Made by a program: the position numbers and the translations under genes | Notes under the pieces: model-generated | Database searches by the model: none | Told to the model about the DNA's origin: nothing | What the model saw: only the letters and a program-made list of their open reading frames with translations | Shown here: positions 27,344 through 36,548 of the stretch, piece by piece | How the letters are laid out: every line of letters starts with the position of its first letter | Position numbering within the stretch: position 1 is the first letter of the stretch | IMG/VR virus record: IMGVR_UViG_3300036829_000063 | Location: 1 to 52,396 of that record | From: a virus | Lineage: Duplodnaviria > Caudoviricetes | DNA: 52,396 nucleotides | Direction: 5' to 3' (one strand)

Positions 27344-27579
27344 CAGATCCCGCCCTTCCCGCGCTCCTCATTGCGCCGGGCCTGGGCCATGGTCCGGGCC
27401 TCAGCCTGACGACGCGCCCGGCGTTCCGCCCGCCGGGCCTTACGGGCCTCACGAGCCGCCTTGCGCCGGGCCTTACGCTGAGCCCGCTCCCAATGGCGGG
27501 CCGCCTGCTGGCGCTCCCACCGGGCCTGGCGTGCTTGCTCCTCGGGGCCTTTGCCCCAGTGGCTCCAGTCCAATGGCAT
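27343..27579 (-). CDS. Arg/Ala-rich basic helical protein
   Basis: Strong RBS CTTGGAGAGGAG and TGATG coupling to the TOPRIM gene. Confidence 0.65.
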   Translation of the reverse strand: MPLDWSHWGKGPEEQARQARWERQQAARHWERAQRKARRKAAREARKARRAERRARRQAEARTMAQARRNEERGKGGI

Positions 27580-27623
27580 GGTGTGTGGATCTCCTCTCCA
27601 AGAGACTTAGACGATAGGACGGA

Positions 27624-28010
27624 TCAGGAGGCTTGAGCCGCCCCCTCCTCGGCTCCCTCCGGTTTGTTGGGCCGCCTCCCCGGGCCGCGCTTGTTCTCCT
27701 CGTAACGGTCCGCCGTGGCCGGGAGCCAGTACGGGGACACAGCGGTCCGCTCATGGCCACCCGTGGTGGTGATCTTCCGCTTGGCGTTCCCGTCCGGCTC
27801 GGGGAAGTCCATAGCCGTAACCTCAGGCTTGGCCGCGTCCGCCTCGTGCTCCTCCCGACGCCGCCTCGTCTGGCTGGCCGCCCACCGGGCCGCCGCAGCG
27901 TCCCGGAGATTGAATCGGGCCGCCATGTCCTCAGGCCACAGCGCACCCTCCGGGGCAACGTCCGCCATGATCGTCTCCTCTCTCATCGTGATCCGTGAAT
28001 CTTCACCCAC
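27624..28010 (-). CDS. Hypothetical protein, possibly DNA-binding
   Basis: FPEPDG...YW......Y...RGPGRRP pattern. True start is probably an internal ATG. Confidence 0.5.
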   Translation of the reverse strand: MGEDSRITMREETIMADVAPEGALWPEDMAARFNLRDAAAARWAASQTRRRREEHEADAAKPEVTAMDFPEPDGNAKRKITTTGGHERTAVSPYWLPATADRYEENKRGPGRRPNKPEGAEEGAAQAS

Positions 28011-28067
28011 GGACCTCCTGGCAGTGCCGGGCCTCGGTCTGGAGGTCCGGCACTCTCAGCAGGTGAG

Positions 28068-28104
28068 GAGCCCGGCCCGTGAACACCAGGCCGGGCCGGG
28101 CTCC
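28068..28104 (-). terminator. Putative terminator hairpin
   Basis: GAGCCCGGCCCG...CGGGCCGGGCTC just after the stop at 28117. Confidence 0.6.
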
Positions 28105-28116
28105 TCTGGGTGGTGA

Positions 28117-29430
28117 CTAACTCCGGGCGTACTGTGCAGCGCGCCGCATCAGCTCGGCCGCCTCATCCTCAAGGGAGGCCGCCAGCGCCGGATCTGCCAC
28201 CGTCTGGGCCACGGCCGTGGCAGCGTTAGCCACGCCACCCGCCGTGTTCATTCCGCCGGCCACAAACGCGTTGAGGATCTCCGCCGCGATCTCGTCCGAG
28301 AACATGGACTCCGCCATCACGGCCTTGATCGTCTCGGTGGCCTTGCCGATCGGAGCGCCAGCGTCGGCCTCCATCTGGGCCACGGCCTCGGTCAGGTACT
28401 CCGGGGCCAGGAACTTGGCCACCGCGTCCCGGGCCTGGAGGGCCACCAGCTCCAGCGCCTTGCGCTGGGTGTCGGCCGAGTAGGACACCGAGCCCACGCC
28501 CTTGTCCACGCCCAGGTGATTCCGGGCGTATGCGTCGGCCGTGATGGTGTAGCCGTTGGCGCAGATCTGGGCCACGATGCGGGGCGTGATCGAGATCCGG
28601 CCGTCCCCGGTCTCACTGTTCTTGATCACGATTCCCGCGAACATGACCGGCTCCTGGCCTGCTGGGTAGCCGAGGCCCTCCCGCTGGGCCAGTGCGCGGA
28701 TGCGGTCCACGTCGCTGCCCAGGTGGCCGCCGCGCACCATCCCGCCGTCACCGAACGGGTTGCGGTAGCCCTGGAGGAGTGTGGGGGCCATGGCCTGGAT
28801 CTGGGGGGCCACGATGCGGACGTACATGTTTTTTTCGGTGAGGTCACAGCCGTCGATGTGGACCCCATCGCCCTTGAGCCCCGCCTCATCCAGGCCACGA
28901 AGCGCCGCCAGGAGAACGTCCAGATTGTCCACGGCAAAGAACTTGGACGAGACCAGCGCCCGCATCACGCCGTCGTCCGTGGTGTCCCCACGGAACAGGC
29001 GGAGCATGAGCTTGCGCTGGTCCGGCTTGTAGCCCGGCTCATCCCAGCCCTCGGGCCGGTCCGCCACCGGGATACCCGCCCACGCCAGCTCGTGGTCGAC
29101 GCTGGAGAGCTGGCCGTGGAGCAGCGCATTGAGGTTCTCCGCGAACAGGTCCGGCCGGTCGGAGTACAGCCGCCGCAGATAGCGGAGGTCGATCTTGAGC
29201 TTCTCCGCGAAACCCTCCACCGCCGTCCGGGTCATCTCATACGAGCCGCCCGCGTCCGTGACGCCGGACTCATCCATGACCGTGGTCCCGGACGGAATGA
29301 CGATCTTGTTACCCATGGCCTGGATCTGGTGGCCGCGCATCACGAGGTCGATCCGGCGTGCCCGCTGGTCCTTGAGAATCCCGGCCATCGTGCCGAGGTC
29401 CGCATAACGGGCTTCCATCTGTACTGGCAT
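28117..29430 (-). CDS. DUF932/DUF945-like protein
   Basis: RALVSSKF..VDN, IKNSETGDG......RI...ICANG and R.HLG. Has its own promoter cassette and RBS. Confidence 0.7.
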   Translation of the reverse strand: MPVQMEARYADLGTMAGILKDQRARRIDLVMRGHQIQAMGNKIVIPSGTTVMDESGVTDAGGSYEMTRTAVEGFAEKLKIDLRYLRRLYSDRPDLFAENLNALLHGQLSSVDHELAWAGIPVADRPEGWDEPGYKPDQRKLMLRLFRGDTTDDGVMRALVSSKFFAVDNLDVLLAALRGLDEAGLKGDGVHIDGCDLTEKNMYVRIVAPQIQAMAPTLLQGYRNPFGDGGMVRGGHLGSDVDRIRALAQREGLGYPAGQEPVMFAGIVIKNSETGDGRISITPRIVAQICANGYTITADAYARNHLGVDKGVGSVSYSADTQRKALELVALQARDAVAKFLAPEYLTEAVAQMEADAGAPIGKATETIKAVMAESMFSDEIAAEILNAFVAGGMNTAGGVANAATAVAQTVADPALAASLEDEAAELMRRAAQYARS

Positions 29431-29472
29431 GTAGGTCCCCTCTCCAAGAGACTCCGTTGTGGTCTGTGTGCC

Positions 29473-29510
29473 GCAACTCCCCACACAGTACCACACGTGT
29501 GGGGAGTTGC
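29473..29510 (-). promoter_or_regulatory. 38-bp inverted-repeat promoter/operator cassette
   Basis: GCAACTCCCCACAC...GTGTGGGGAGTTGC, containing CCACACGTGTGG followed by TACTGT on the minus strand. Confidence 0.75.
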
Positions 29511-29528
29511 GGAAGGTCCTTGGGGCCT

Positions 29529-29732
29529 CTACCTCGGGCCGCCGGACCCCCGGCCGCCACCACCTAGCGGACCGCTTCCGCCACGCCCCGGGCCACGGTT
29601 ACGGGCCGAGCCGCCACCGAAACCCTTAGCCGGGCGGACGTTCTCCGTACGGTCCGCACGGGGAGCCCGGCCAGCCCGGCCACCGATCACAAATCGCCGG
29701 CTCCCGTTCTCAATCGGGACCTTGCCTGTCAT
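29529..29732 (-). CDS. Small Gly/Arg-rich (RGG-like) protein
   Basis: ATG follows GAGAGGAG and has its own promoter cassette. 67 aa. Confidence 0.6.
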   Translation of the reverse strand: MTGKVPIENGSRRFVIGGRAGRAPRADRTENVRPAKGFGGGSARNRGPGRGGSGPLGGGGRGSGGPR

Positions 29733-29750
29733 CAGATCTCCTCTCGACTG

Positions 29751-29788
29751 GCAACACCCCACACGTTACCGCACATGTGGGGAGTTGC
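29751..29788 (-). promoter_or_regulatory. Second 38-bp inverted-repeat promoter/operator cassette
   Basis: GCAACACCCCACA...TGTGGGGAGTTGC, a near-copy of 29473-29510 with a TAACGT -10-like hexamer. Confidence 0.7.
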
Positions 29789-29794
29789 ACGTGT

Positions 29795-29832
29795 GCGGCC
29801 CCGCACACCTTTGCGAATGTGTGCGGGGCCGC
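29795..29832 (-). terminator. Putative terminator of the protease gene
   Basis: GCGGCCCCGCACAC...GTGTGCGGGGCCGC, 14-bp stem. Confidence 0.7.
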
Positions 29833-29851
29833 CGTCGTGCTCGGGGCTCGG

Positions 29852-30727
29852 TCAGGTGGTAAGCAGTCCCTTACCTCTGGCCCAGGTGTCCAGCGCACCC
29901 TGGAGGATCACCAGGTCCGGGCGGGTCCGCCGCTGGGCCGCCCACGGGCCGGCGATCTGCCACAGCGCCTCGTCCAGGTCCGCCGGGGGAGTGGGCGTGG
30001 GAGCTGGCGTCGAGTTGGGCAGGAACACCGTGCAGTCCCCACCCTCGGAGAACAGCTCATCCATGGTCTCCATGGTGAACCGCATGTTTCCGCCCTGGCC
30101 CCACGAGGAGCCCCAGGAGTTGCGGGCATGGAAGTAGCCGCCAGCCACGTCGACACCATGGACCAGGAACTCATGGCCGCCACGGACCTGGGCACCCTTG
30201 GCGATGGCGATCGTTCCCTGAGCGTCCGGCTCATCGAACGAATCGAACCACGAGACGCCCACGATGACCGGGCCGTCCTGGAGCGCGTCCGTCATGTCGT
30301 CCACGTCCGCGCAGTGGGTGTAACCGGAGATGAACCCGGCCGCCTTGGTGGCCTTGGCCCCGCTGAGGCCGTCCGAGCCGGTGTCGGTGGGCGGATACTG
30401 CCCACGGTACGGGTCCAGCTTGGTGGCCGCCGAGTACAGGGCCACGGCCTCGGCCTCGTCCAGGACCGCGTGGCCCGCCGGGAGCGCCGCCTCTATGGGG
30501 TCCGTAGCCGAGCACCCACACGACGCGTTACCCACGCATGAACCCAGGTCTCCCTGGTCCAGCGGGTTGATGCTGATCGTCCACTCCTCGGATACCGGGG
30601 TGGCCGCCGACCGCTGGTGGCGGTAGAACATCAGCGATCGGAGGTCGTGGCGGATGTGACGGCCCAGCCGCTTGTCCGGGACCACCAGCTCCGGGATATG
30701 CACCGTGTGAATCAGTGGGTTAGCCAT
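29852..30727 (-). CDS. Papain-like (C1 family) cysteine peptidase
   Basis: LDQGDLGSCVG (Gln/Cys), GGHE (His), RNSWGSSWG (Asn). ATG follows GGAGGAGAG. Confidence 0.9.
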   Translation of the reverse strand: MANPLIHTVHIPELVVPDKRLGRHIRHDLRSLMFYRHQRSAATPVSEEWTISINPLDQGDLGSCVGNASCGCSATDPIEAALPAGHAVLDEAEAVALYSAATKLDPYRGQYPPTDTGSDGLSGAKATKAAGFISGYTHCADVDDMTDALQDGPVIVGVSWFDSFDEPDAQGTIAIAKGAQVRGGHEFLVHGVDVAGGYFHARNSWGSSWGQGGNMRFTMETMDELFSEGGDCTVFLPNSTPAPTPTPPADLDEALWQIAGPWAAQRRTRPDLVILQGALDTWARGKGLLTT

Positions 30728-30818
30728 GTGTGGATCTCTCCTCCATCGTGGGAATGGGACGGCCCGGCCGTCCCTGAGGGTCAGGATAGCCGGGCCGCCT
30801 GAGGGAGGCTGGGAGCCT

Positions 30819-32523
30819 TTACCTGGAGTTGTCCTCCTGGTCCGCCGGGCCGGGGGTGTTGGCGATCGGGTCGTCATCCCGGGCCGGGAGGATGCCAGTC
30901 CGGGGCTCACGCGCTCGGGCCGCCTCCTCATCACTCACGGGCTCGGTGCCGTGGTCCTCCGGTGGGACCTCCCGCTCCTGGGGGATGATCCCGCCATCAG
31001 CGTCCCGCTGGGTCTCCTGGTCCTTGTTCTCCGCCATGGCTGGCTCCATTCCTGGCGGGCCACCGTGGCCGCCTGGGCCGCCGCTACCCTGCTGGGCCGC
31101 CACCATGCGGTCCGTCAGGTAGTGGAGGAGGTCCAGCGCACCCTCCCGCCAGCACATCCGGATGGACTCCGCCAGATCCGGCCATCCCGGGAGCGTCTCC
31201 CCGGAGACCATGGACACGCCCCCGGACTGGCGGACGTAACCCTCATAGCAGATCTGGCCAGGGTCCGGTCCTGGGAGCTGGAGATTGGCCCACTCGTCAG
31301 TCACCCCGACCTACCTCCTCAGAGCCACCCAGCCGCTTGGGCGGGACGTTCTCCGGGGCCATCGGGATCTCCGACACCAGCTCCCGGACACGGCTCCGGG
31401 TCCAGCCGAGCACTCGGAGCCGGGCCTCTGGGTCCAGCGCCAGGGCCTTGGTCAGAGCGCGCTCCAGCGCCCGCATGGCCGAGACCTCATCCTCCAAAGA
31501 TGCCACCTGCATATCTCCTCTCCGTTTGGTCTTGCCTGTCTGCCTGCTACCGCGTAGCGGGCTACTCCTCCGGGTCGTCGTCCTTGTCCCCGGTGTTGAA
31601 CGCCGGGTCGTCCGGGAATGCGTCACCCTTGGCCGGGACCACGCCGCCAGCCTCAAACGGAAGCTCCGCCGCGCCGGTCCGAGCCGCCAGCCGCCGTCCC
31701 ACGATCTCCGCGTGAGCCTTGATATCGCCCTCGTCCGTGACGACCTCCCAGTGCAACAGCGCCAAGGTGGGAAACTCCTCCCCGGTCCGGACCTTGCGCG
31801 TCACCTTGTCCACGGCCAGGAACGCCACCACCGGCACGACGACCTTTTCGTGGCTCATGAAGTCTTCCGAGAACGCCGCCAACCCGTTCCCGATCTCGTC
31901 CGGCATCGCTCCGCTAATCGTGATCTTGCCCATCTGATCTCCTCTCCTCATGCGGGCCGGTTGCCCACACGAAACCTATTCGGGGCCTAGCGGTCGTCTC
32001 CGTCCGATGGATCATCCTCAGCGCCAGCCGGCCCGTTGTTCCACCTGAGGGTCTCCCGGATGAACGTGTCGAACGTGATCACATCCGCGCTCTTGCCCTC
32101 CATGAGCTGGACCATCGCCCAGTCCGCGTAAGGCTTGTATTCATTTAGCCGCCGCTTGGCCTGGAGCTGGTAACGCTCCGCCTTGGCTTGCGCCCGCTGG
32201 GCATCGGAGCCCTTGTGATCCGGCCGAGCCTTGGAGTTTTCGATCACCTTTTTTCCGTCGTAGGGGATGAGCCGGTCCGGCTCATATGCGTAGGGCTCCA
32301 TCCCCTCTAGGGCCAGTTGGCCGTCCGGTGTGGTCTGCCCCGGCCGCTTGTGGCGATTGATGATCTCCCGGGCCTTGGCTTCCTTGGCCGCGTCAGGGTC
32401 GAACTCCATCTCCTCCATGAGCTGGGCCTGGAGCATGGACTCATCCACGCCGCCGTCCGGGTTGCGCGGGGCCTTGGCCAGCGCGTTCTGATACGCGTCC
32501 TGGTCCTTGTTCGTTTTCATCAC
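30819..32523 (-). other. Four hypothetical genes (30819-31304, 31297-31512, 31562-31933, 31987-32523)
   Basis: GAGAGGAG RBSs and overlapping starts and stops. Confidence 0.6.
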
Positions 32524-33332
32524 GACTCCAGTTGATCGATGGTTTCCCGGAGCTTGGCCAGCTCGGCCGCTCCGATTAGATCGGTTCCGCCAAGTTGACG
32601 GCCGATGAGGATTGAGGCCACCGCAGACTGGACGGTGGGGATGATGCTGTCCGCCGCGCGCCGGGCCGAGTCGATATCGCGCGCCCGAGTCACGGAGTCC
32701 TCATGGGCCTGGCGTTCCGCATCGGAGCGTCGACTCTCCAGGATGGCCAGGGCCTCTCCGAGCGTGAGGCTGTCCCGCTCATCATCCACGCGCTCGGCCA
32801 GATCTGGGGCCGCCTGAGCCAGCTTGGCCTGTTGCTCGGTCATGGCCTTGGCCCGAGTGTCGCGCCGTACACGCTCGTCCCGGGCACACGCCAGGGTCTC
32901 CTCCCCGGAGCGCACAGACTCAGCTAGATCCGGGTAACTCCAGACACCCCGAGCTTGCGAAATCGTGGCCGGGGACACGTCCAGGAGGGCCGCCAGCCGC
33001 TTACCGCCGCCGAAATTTACTGAGTAAATTTTGGGGTCCGTGGCGATTATGGCCGCTTGCCCCTTGGAGAGATTCCGCCGGGCCAAGTTGACCGCCAGCG
33101 CGTAGCCCTCCGGGTCGTCCCCGGTGTACTCCTCCGTGATGGGGTCGACGCCCGCGATTTCACACGCCCGGTATCGGTTCCGGCCGTCCAGGATCAGGCC
33201 GTCCCGGATCATGATGGGCTGGAGCTGGCCGCGTTCCCGGATATCGGCCGCCATGTCCTCCAGCTCGGCCTCTGTGAGCATCGGGAACAGGGCCGCTACT
33301 GGGTGGGCCTCCAGCTTGGTGGTCTTAGCCAT
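32520..33332 (-). CDS. ParB/Srx N-terminal domain protein with HTH
   Basis: HP.A.LFP, DIRERGQLQPI, ILDGRNRYRAC, NLARRNLS and HTH LAALLDVSPATISQAR. Confidence 0.85.
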   Translation of the reverse strand: MAKTTKLEAHPVAALFPMLTEAELEDMAADIRERGQLQPIMIRDGLILDGRNRYRACEIAGVDPITEEYTGDDPEGYALAVNLARRNLSKGQAAIIATDPKIYSVNFGGGKRLAALLDVSPATISQARGVWSYPDLAESVRSGEETLACARDERVRRDTRAKAMTEQQAKLAQAAPDLAERVDDERDSLTLGEALAILESRRSDAERQAHEDSVTRARDIDSARRAADSIIPTVQSAVASILIGRQLGGTDLIGAAELAKLRETIDQLES

Positions 33333-33540
33333 GGGTCTCCTCACTTATGTATCTATGATGCCCCACGCGTGGGGGCTAACTTGCCCGCAGGGTAGCAGGT
33401 GGAGCGCTCAATCTCGGTGCTAGCGCGCTCCAGGATCTCGGCCAGCCGAGCCCGGAACCGAGCCAGCCGCTCCGGGTCTGGTGGCTCGGCAAACTCTCTC
33501 CGGTCAGGAGGGCCGCCGATCAGGTCGTAAAGGATGCGGG

Positions 33541-34176
33541 TCACGCGCTGAGCATTCCCTGAGTCCCCGGGCCGACTGGCCGGGGCTCTCCCAGCATGGC
33601 CTGGCGTCCAGGTCCACGCTCGGGCCATGCCGCACCCGTGAGGCCACGGGTGTGGGTCTTGGGGAAGTTGGCCACCGGGTGGCCCTCGTGGGCCGCGCAC
33701 ATGGCCACCAGCGTGAATGCGTCCGCTGTGTCCTCACCCGTGATCATCGCCCATGGACAGCGCCGCACCATGTGGAGCATGACCTCCGCCTTGTCCGCCC
33801 GGCCGTTGCCGGTGGCGTAGATCTTCACGTTGGACGGCGGGATCTGGGCCACCGGAACATCCCGCCGGAACAGCTCCAGCCGGATACACCACCAGAGGCC
33901 GCCGCGTTCCCAGTGACCACGGGCCTGGCCTGGCCGGGCCGAGCCGAACGACGGACCCTCCAGGCCCACCAGGTCCGAGCCCTCACACCACGCCAGGATC
34001 TCCGTGGTGAGCCGGTCCAGCCGGGCCAGGTTGTCAGTAAGCGGACGCTTGGCCCCGGTGGGCTGTTTCGGTAGCGGGCCGCGTAGCCGCCTCAGCTCCA
34101 CGATGCCAGGGATCTCCGTGTCCAGCTTGGCCAGGCCGGTCGACGCCAGGCTGAGGTCCAGACCTGTGATGATCAT
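33541..34176 (-). CDS. RuvC-like Holliday junction resolvase
   Basis: IITGLDLSLASTG, VGLEG, K.YATGNG.ADK, DTADA. ATGA overlap with the helicase. Confidence 0.88.
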   Translation of the reverse strand: MIITGLDLSLASTGLAKLDTEIPGIVELRRLRGPLPKQPTGAKRPLTDNLARLDRLTTEILAWCEGSDLVGLEGPSFGSARPGQARGHWERGGLWWCIRLELFRRDVPVAQIPPSNVKIYATGNGRADKAEVMLHMVRRCPWAMITGEDTADAFTLVAMCAAHEGHPVANFPKTHTRGLTGAAWPERGPGRQAMLGEPRPVGPGTQGMLSA

Positions 34177-35483
34177 CCGGTCCTCACTTCCGGCTCCTCG
34201 TCCAAGGGCATGTTGGGTAGCCCGCTGTTGTAAGTCCCGATCCACGGCCACTGAGCACCCCACCCGTTGGTCCGGGAGATCTCATCCGGGAAGCTACGGC
34301 CCTCCTCCCGGTCACCCTTGAATCGCTCAAACGTCCACACGCCCGAGGTCTTGGACCGGGCCATCCCCAGCCCGAACTCTGGCCACCGCGAGTAGATACC
34401 CGAGCCATAGGGACGGAGCGGAGCCTTTTCCCCCACGGGTGGGTGAGTCTCCAGCCACAGAGCCGGGCCGAACATCGCCCGGATCTTGTCCCAATAGGCC
34501 GTGATCCCGGAGTGTAGATGCTCGGCACCCTCCCCTTGGTCCATCAGCATCTTGTAAATCGGGCCGCCCACGATGAGGTCCGGCTGGATACGCCGGATCA
34601 CCCCGGTTAGCTCCTGGGCGTCCTTGGCCACCCGGAGGTCCAGCCCGCCGGGCCGGGAGAAAATGTGGATGTTCCGGTCGTCATAGGTCCCCACAGACTG
34701 GGCCGTCTCCCGGAACTTCCGGATACGCCGCTGGAGGATCGCATGAGGATTCTCCAGATCCAGCACCAGCACCCGCTTGGGCGGGATCGGGGCCAGCGCG
34801 AACGGATGCAACCCGGCCGCCGTGCAAAACGCCACCTGGAGCCCCACCATGGTCTTACCCTCGCCACCCTTGGCCACGAGGATTACCCGGTCCATCAGGT
34901 CCAGCATCCCCGGGATCACCGGGGCCGCCCGAGCCCACGTCCGGGTAGCGAACTCCGCCATAGTCATGACGCCATCCGAGCCGGCCTGATGCTCAGCCAG
35001 GCTCCGGATCTCCTGGAGCTGGGCCTCCATCTCCTCCAGCATCGTGGCCGCCGAGGAGTCCCGCCATGCGGACCTCTGCTGGATCTTGATACCCATCCGG
35101 GCCAATTTCTGGCGGACCGCAAACTCCCGGATGATCCGGGCGTGATGCGGAGCACCAACCCGGACGGCCCCATAGTCGTAGAGGTTGTGGAGGTACATCC
35201 GGTCATCACCGATGGCCCGGGTGTCGCCCTCCTGGACCATGTAATCCCACAGCGTCACGGGGTCCACGGGGATCTCCTGAGCCCACATAGAGATCATGTC
35301 CCGCGCAATGATCTTGTGGCCCTCCCGGTAGAAGTCGCCCGGCTCCAGGATCTCCACGACCTCGGCCAGCACTTCCGGGTCGAACATGCCACACAGGCAC
35401 GCCCGCTCGGCCTCCAGGTCCCACATCTCGTCCAGCCGGTACTCAGTAGCCGGGTCGACGCGATGGTCAGTCTTTACCGCCAC
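34173..35483 (-). CDS. Replicative helicase: DnaB-like N-terminal domain plus RecA/AAA_25-type ATPase
   Basis: EAERACL...DFYREGHKII N-domain, Walker A AKGGEGKT, VLVLDLEN, LRPYGS. Confidence 0.85.
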   Translation of the reverse strand: MAVKTDHRVDPATEYRLDEMWDLEAERACLCGMFDPEVLAEVVEILEPGDFYREGHKIIARDMISMWAQEIPVDPVTLWDYMVQEGDTRAIGDDRMYLHNLYDYGAVRVGAPHHARIIREFAVRQKLARMGIKIQQRSAWRDSSAATMLEEMEAQLQEIRSLAEHQAGSDGVMTMAEFATRTWARAAPVIPGMLDLMDRVILVAKGGEGKTMVGLQVAFCTAAGLHPFALAPIPPKRVLVLDLENPHAILQRRIRKFRETAQSVGTYDDRNIHIFSRPGGLDLRVAKDAQELTGVIRRIQPDLIVGGPIYKMLMDQGEGAEHLHSGITAYWDKIRAMFGPALWLETHPPVGEKAPLRPYGSGIYSRWPEFGLGMARSKTSGVWTFERFKGDREEGRSFPDEISRTNGWGAQWPWIGTYNSGLPNMPLDEEPEVRTG

Positions 35484-35503
35484 GGAATCTCCTCTCCAAG
35501 AGA

Positions 35504-36175
35504 TCAGGCTAGAACCTGCTGAGACAGCCGCTTGGCGGCCATCTCGCAGTAACGCTCCTCCAGCTCCACGCCGATGACCGGCCGACCCTGATTCCGGGCC
35601 GCCACCAGACCGGACCCCGAGCCTGAGGCTGGGTCAGCTATCACGCCCGCTGGACATGCTGAGATCAGCTCCTCCATCACGTCGACCGGCTTAGCGTGCG
35701 GATGGCTGTAACGGGTGGCGTACCCCGAATATCCAGACGCCGCTGGCGCACGAGTGACGATCACAGCGCTAAACGTGGGCGTTTGATCCGGCCATCGCCC
35801 GCACACGAAAACCGGCTCCCAGTTAGCGAACCACGGACTCCGTGTCCCCACCAGGCCCGCATGGCGAGGCTTGCCAAACACCAGCATCCGATGCCAGCCC
35901 TCCGGATACGACGCCCGCAGCGAACCGAACACCAGCGCCGGACGCTCCGGACCCCACGCTGTCAGTATCGCGTCACGGATCACAGTGTCAGCATCGCCCT
36001 GGATACCCGCGTTGGCGTCCGGGTTGTGTTGGCCTTTAGTCCACTGGCCCTTACGCCAGCTCACCCCATATGGCGGGTCAGTCACCAGCACATCAGCCGA
36101 CAGCCAGTCCGTGATCTCCCGGCAGTCCCCGTGATACAGCGTCACCAGGTCATCCCGGTAATACGGCTCAGACAT
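35504..36175 (-). CDS. Second DNA N6/N4 methyltransferase
   Basis: LVTDPPYG, HPHAKP, ADPASGSGS, GVELEERYCE. Paralog of 24512-25273. Confidence 0.88.
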   Translation of the reverse strand: MSEPYYRDDLVTLYHGDCREITDWLSADVLVTDPPYGVSWRKGQWTKGQHNPDANAGIQGDADTVIRDAILTAWGPERPALVFGSLRASYPEGWHRMLVFGKPRHAGLVGTRSPWFANWEPVFVCGRWPDQTPTFSAVIVTRAPAASGYSGYATRYSHPHAKPVDVMEELISACPAGVIADPASGSGSGLVAARNQGRPVIGVELEERYCEMAAKRLSQQVLA

Positions 36176-36548
36176 GTGGACGCCACGCTGGCTCGTCCAG
36201 GTGACCTCCCACCATGTCCTGGAGATCACCGGGCGTCATGCGCCGGGTGTTCCGGAGGTAGAACTCATCCACGGCCTTGAGACACAGCTCAATCTCCAGG
36301 TGGCCGAGCAAGGACCACCACGCCCGGACCGTCTCCCGCGTGATCTGCCTGCCGTCGATATTCACGAGCTTGGTAAGGATGAGAGCCACCTGATCCATCC
36401 GCATGACCTCAGGATCGGGAGCCGGGTGGAGCTTCTCCAGCATCGCGCGCCGATTCTCCGCCTCGGCCGCATGATCCCGCCGGGCCACCGTCCCCGTGCG
36501 TGACTCAGGCCCGAACAGGTCCGCCAGAGTAAACTCCGGGACGGTCAC
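36168..36548 (-). CDS. Probable helicase loader/inhibitor (G39P-like)
   Basis: V.AW..LL........AV..........PGD pattern. Located between initiator and helicase. Confidence 0.6.
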   Translation of the reverse strand: MTVPEFTLADLFGPESRTGTVARRDHAAEAENRRAMLEKLHPAPDPEVMRMDQVALILTKLVNIDGRQITRETVRAWWSLLGHLEIELCLKAVDEFYLRNTRRMTPGDLQDMVGGHLDEPAWRPHV

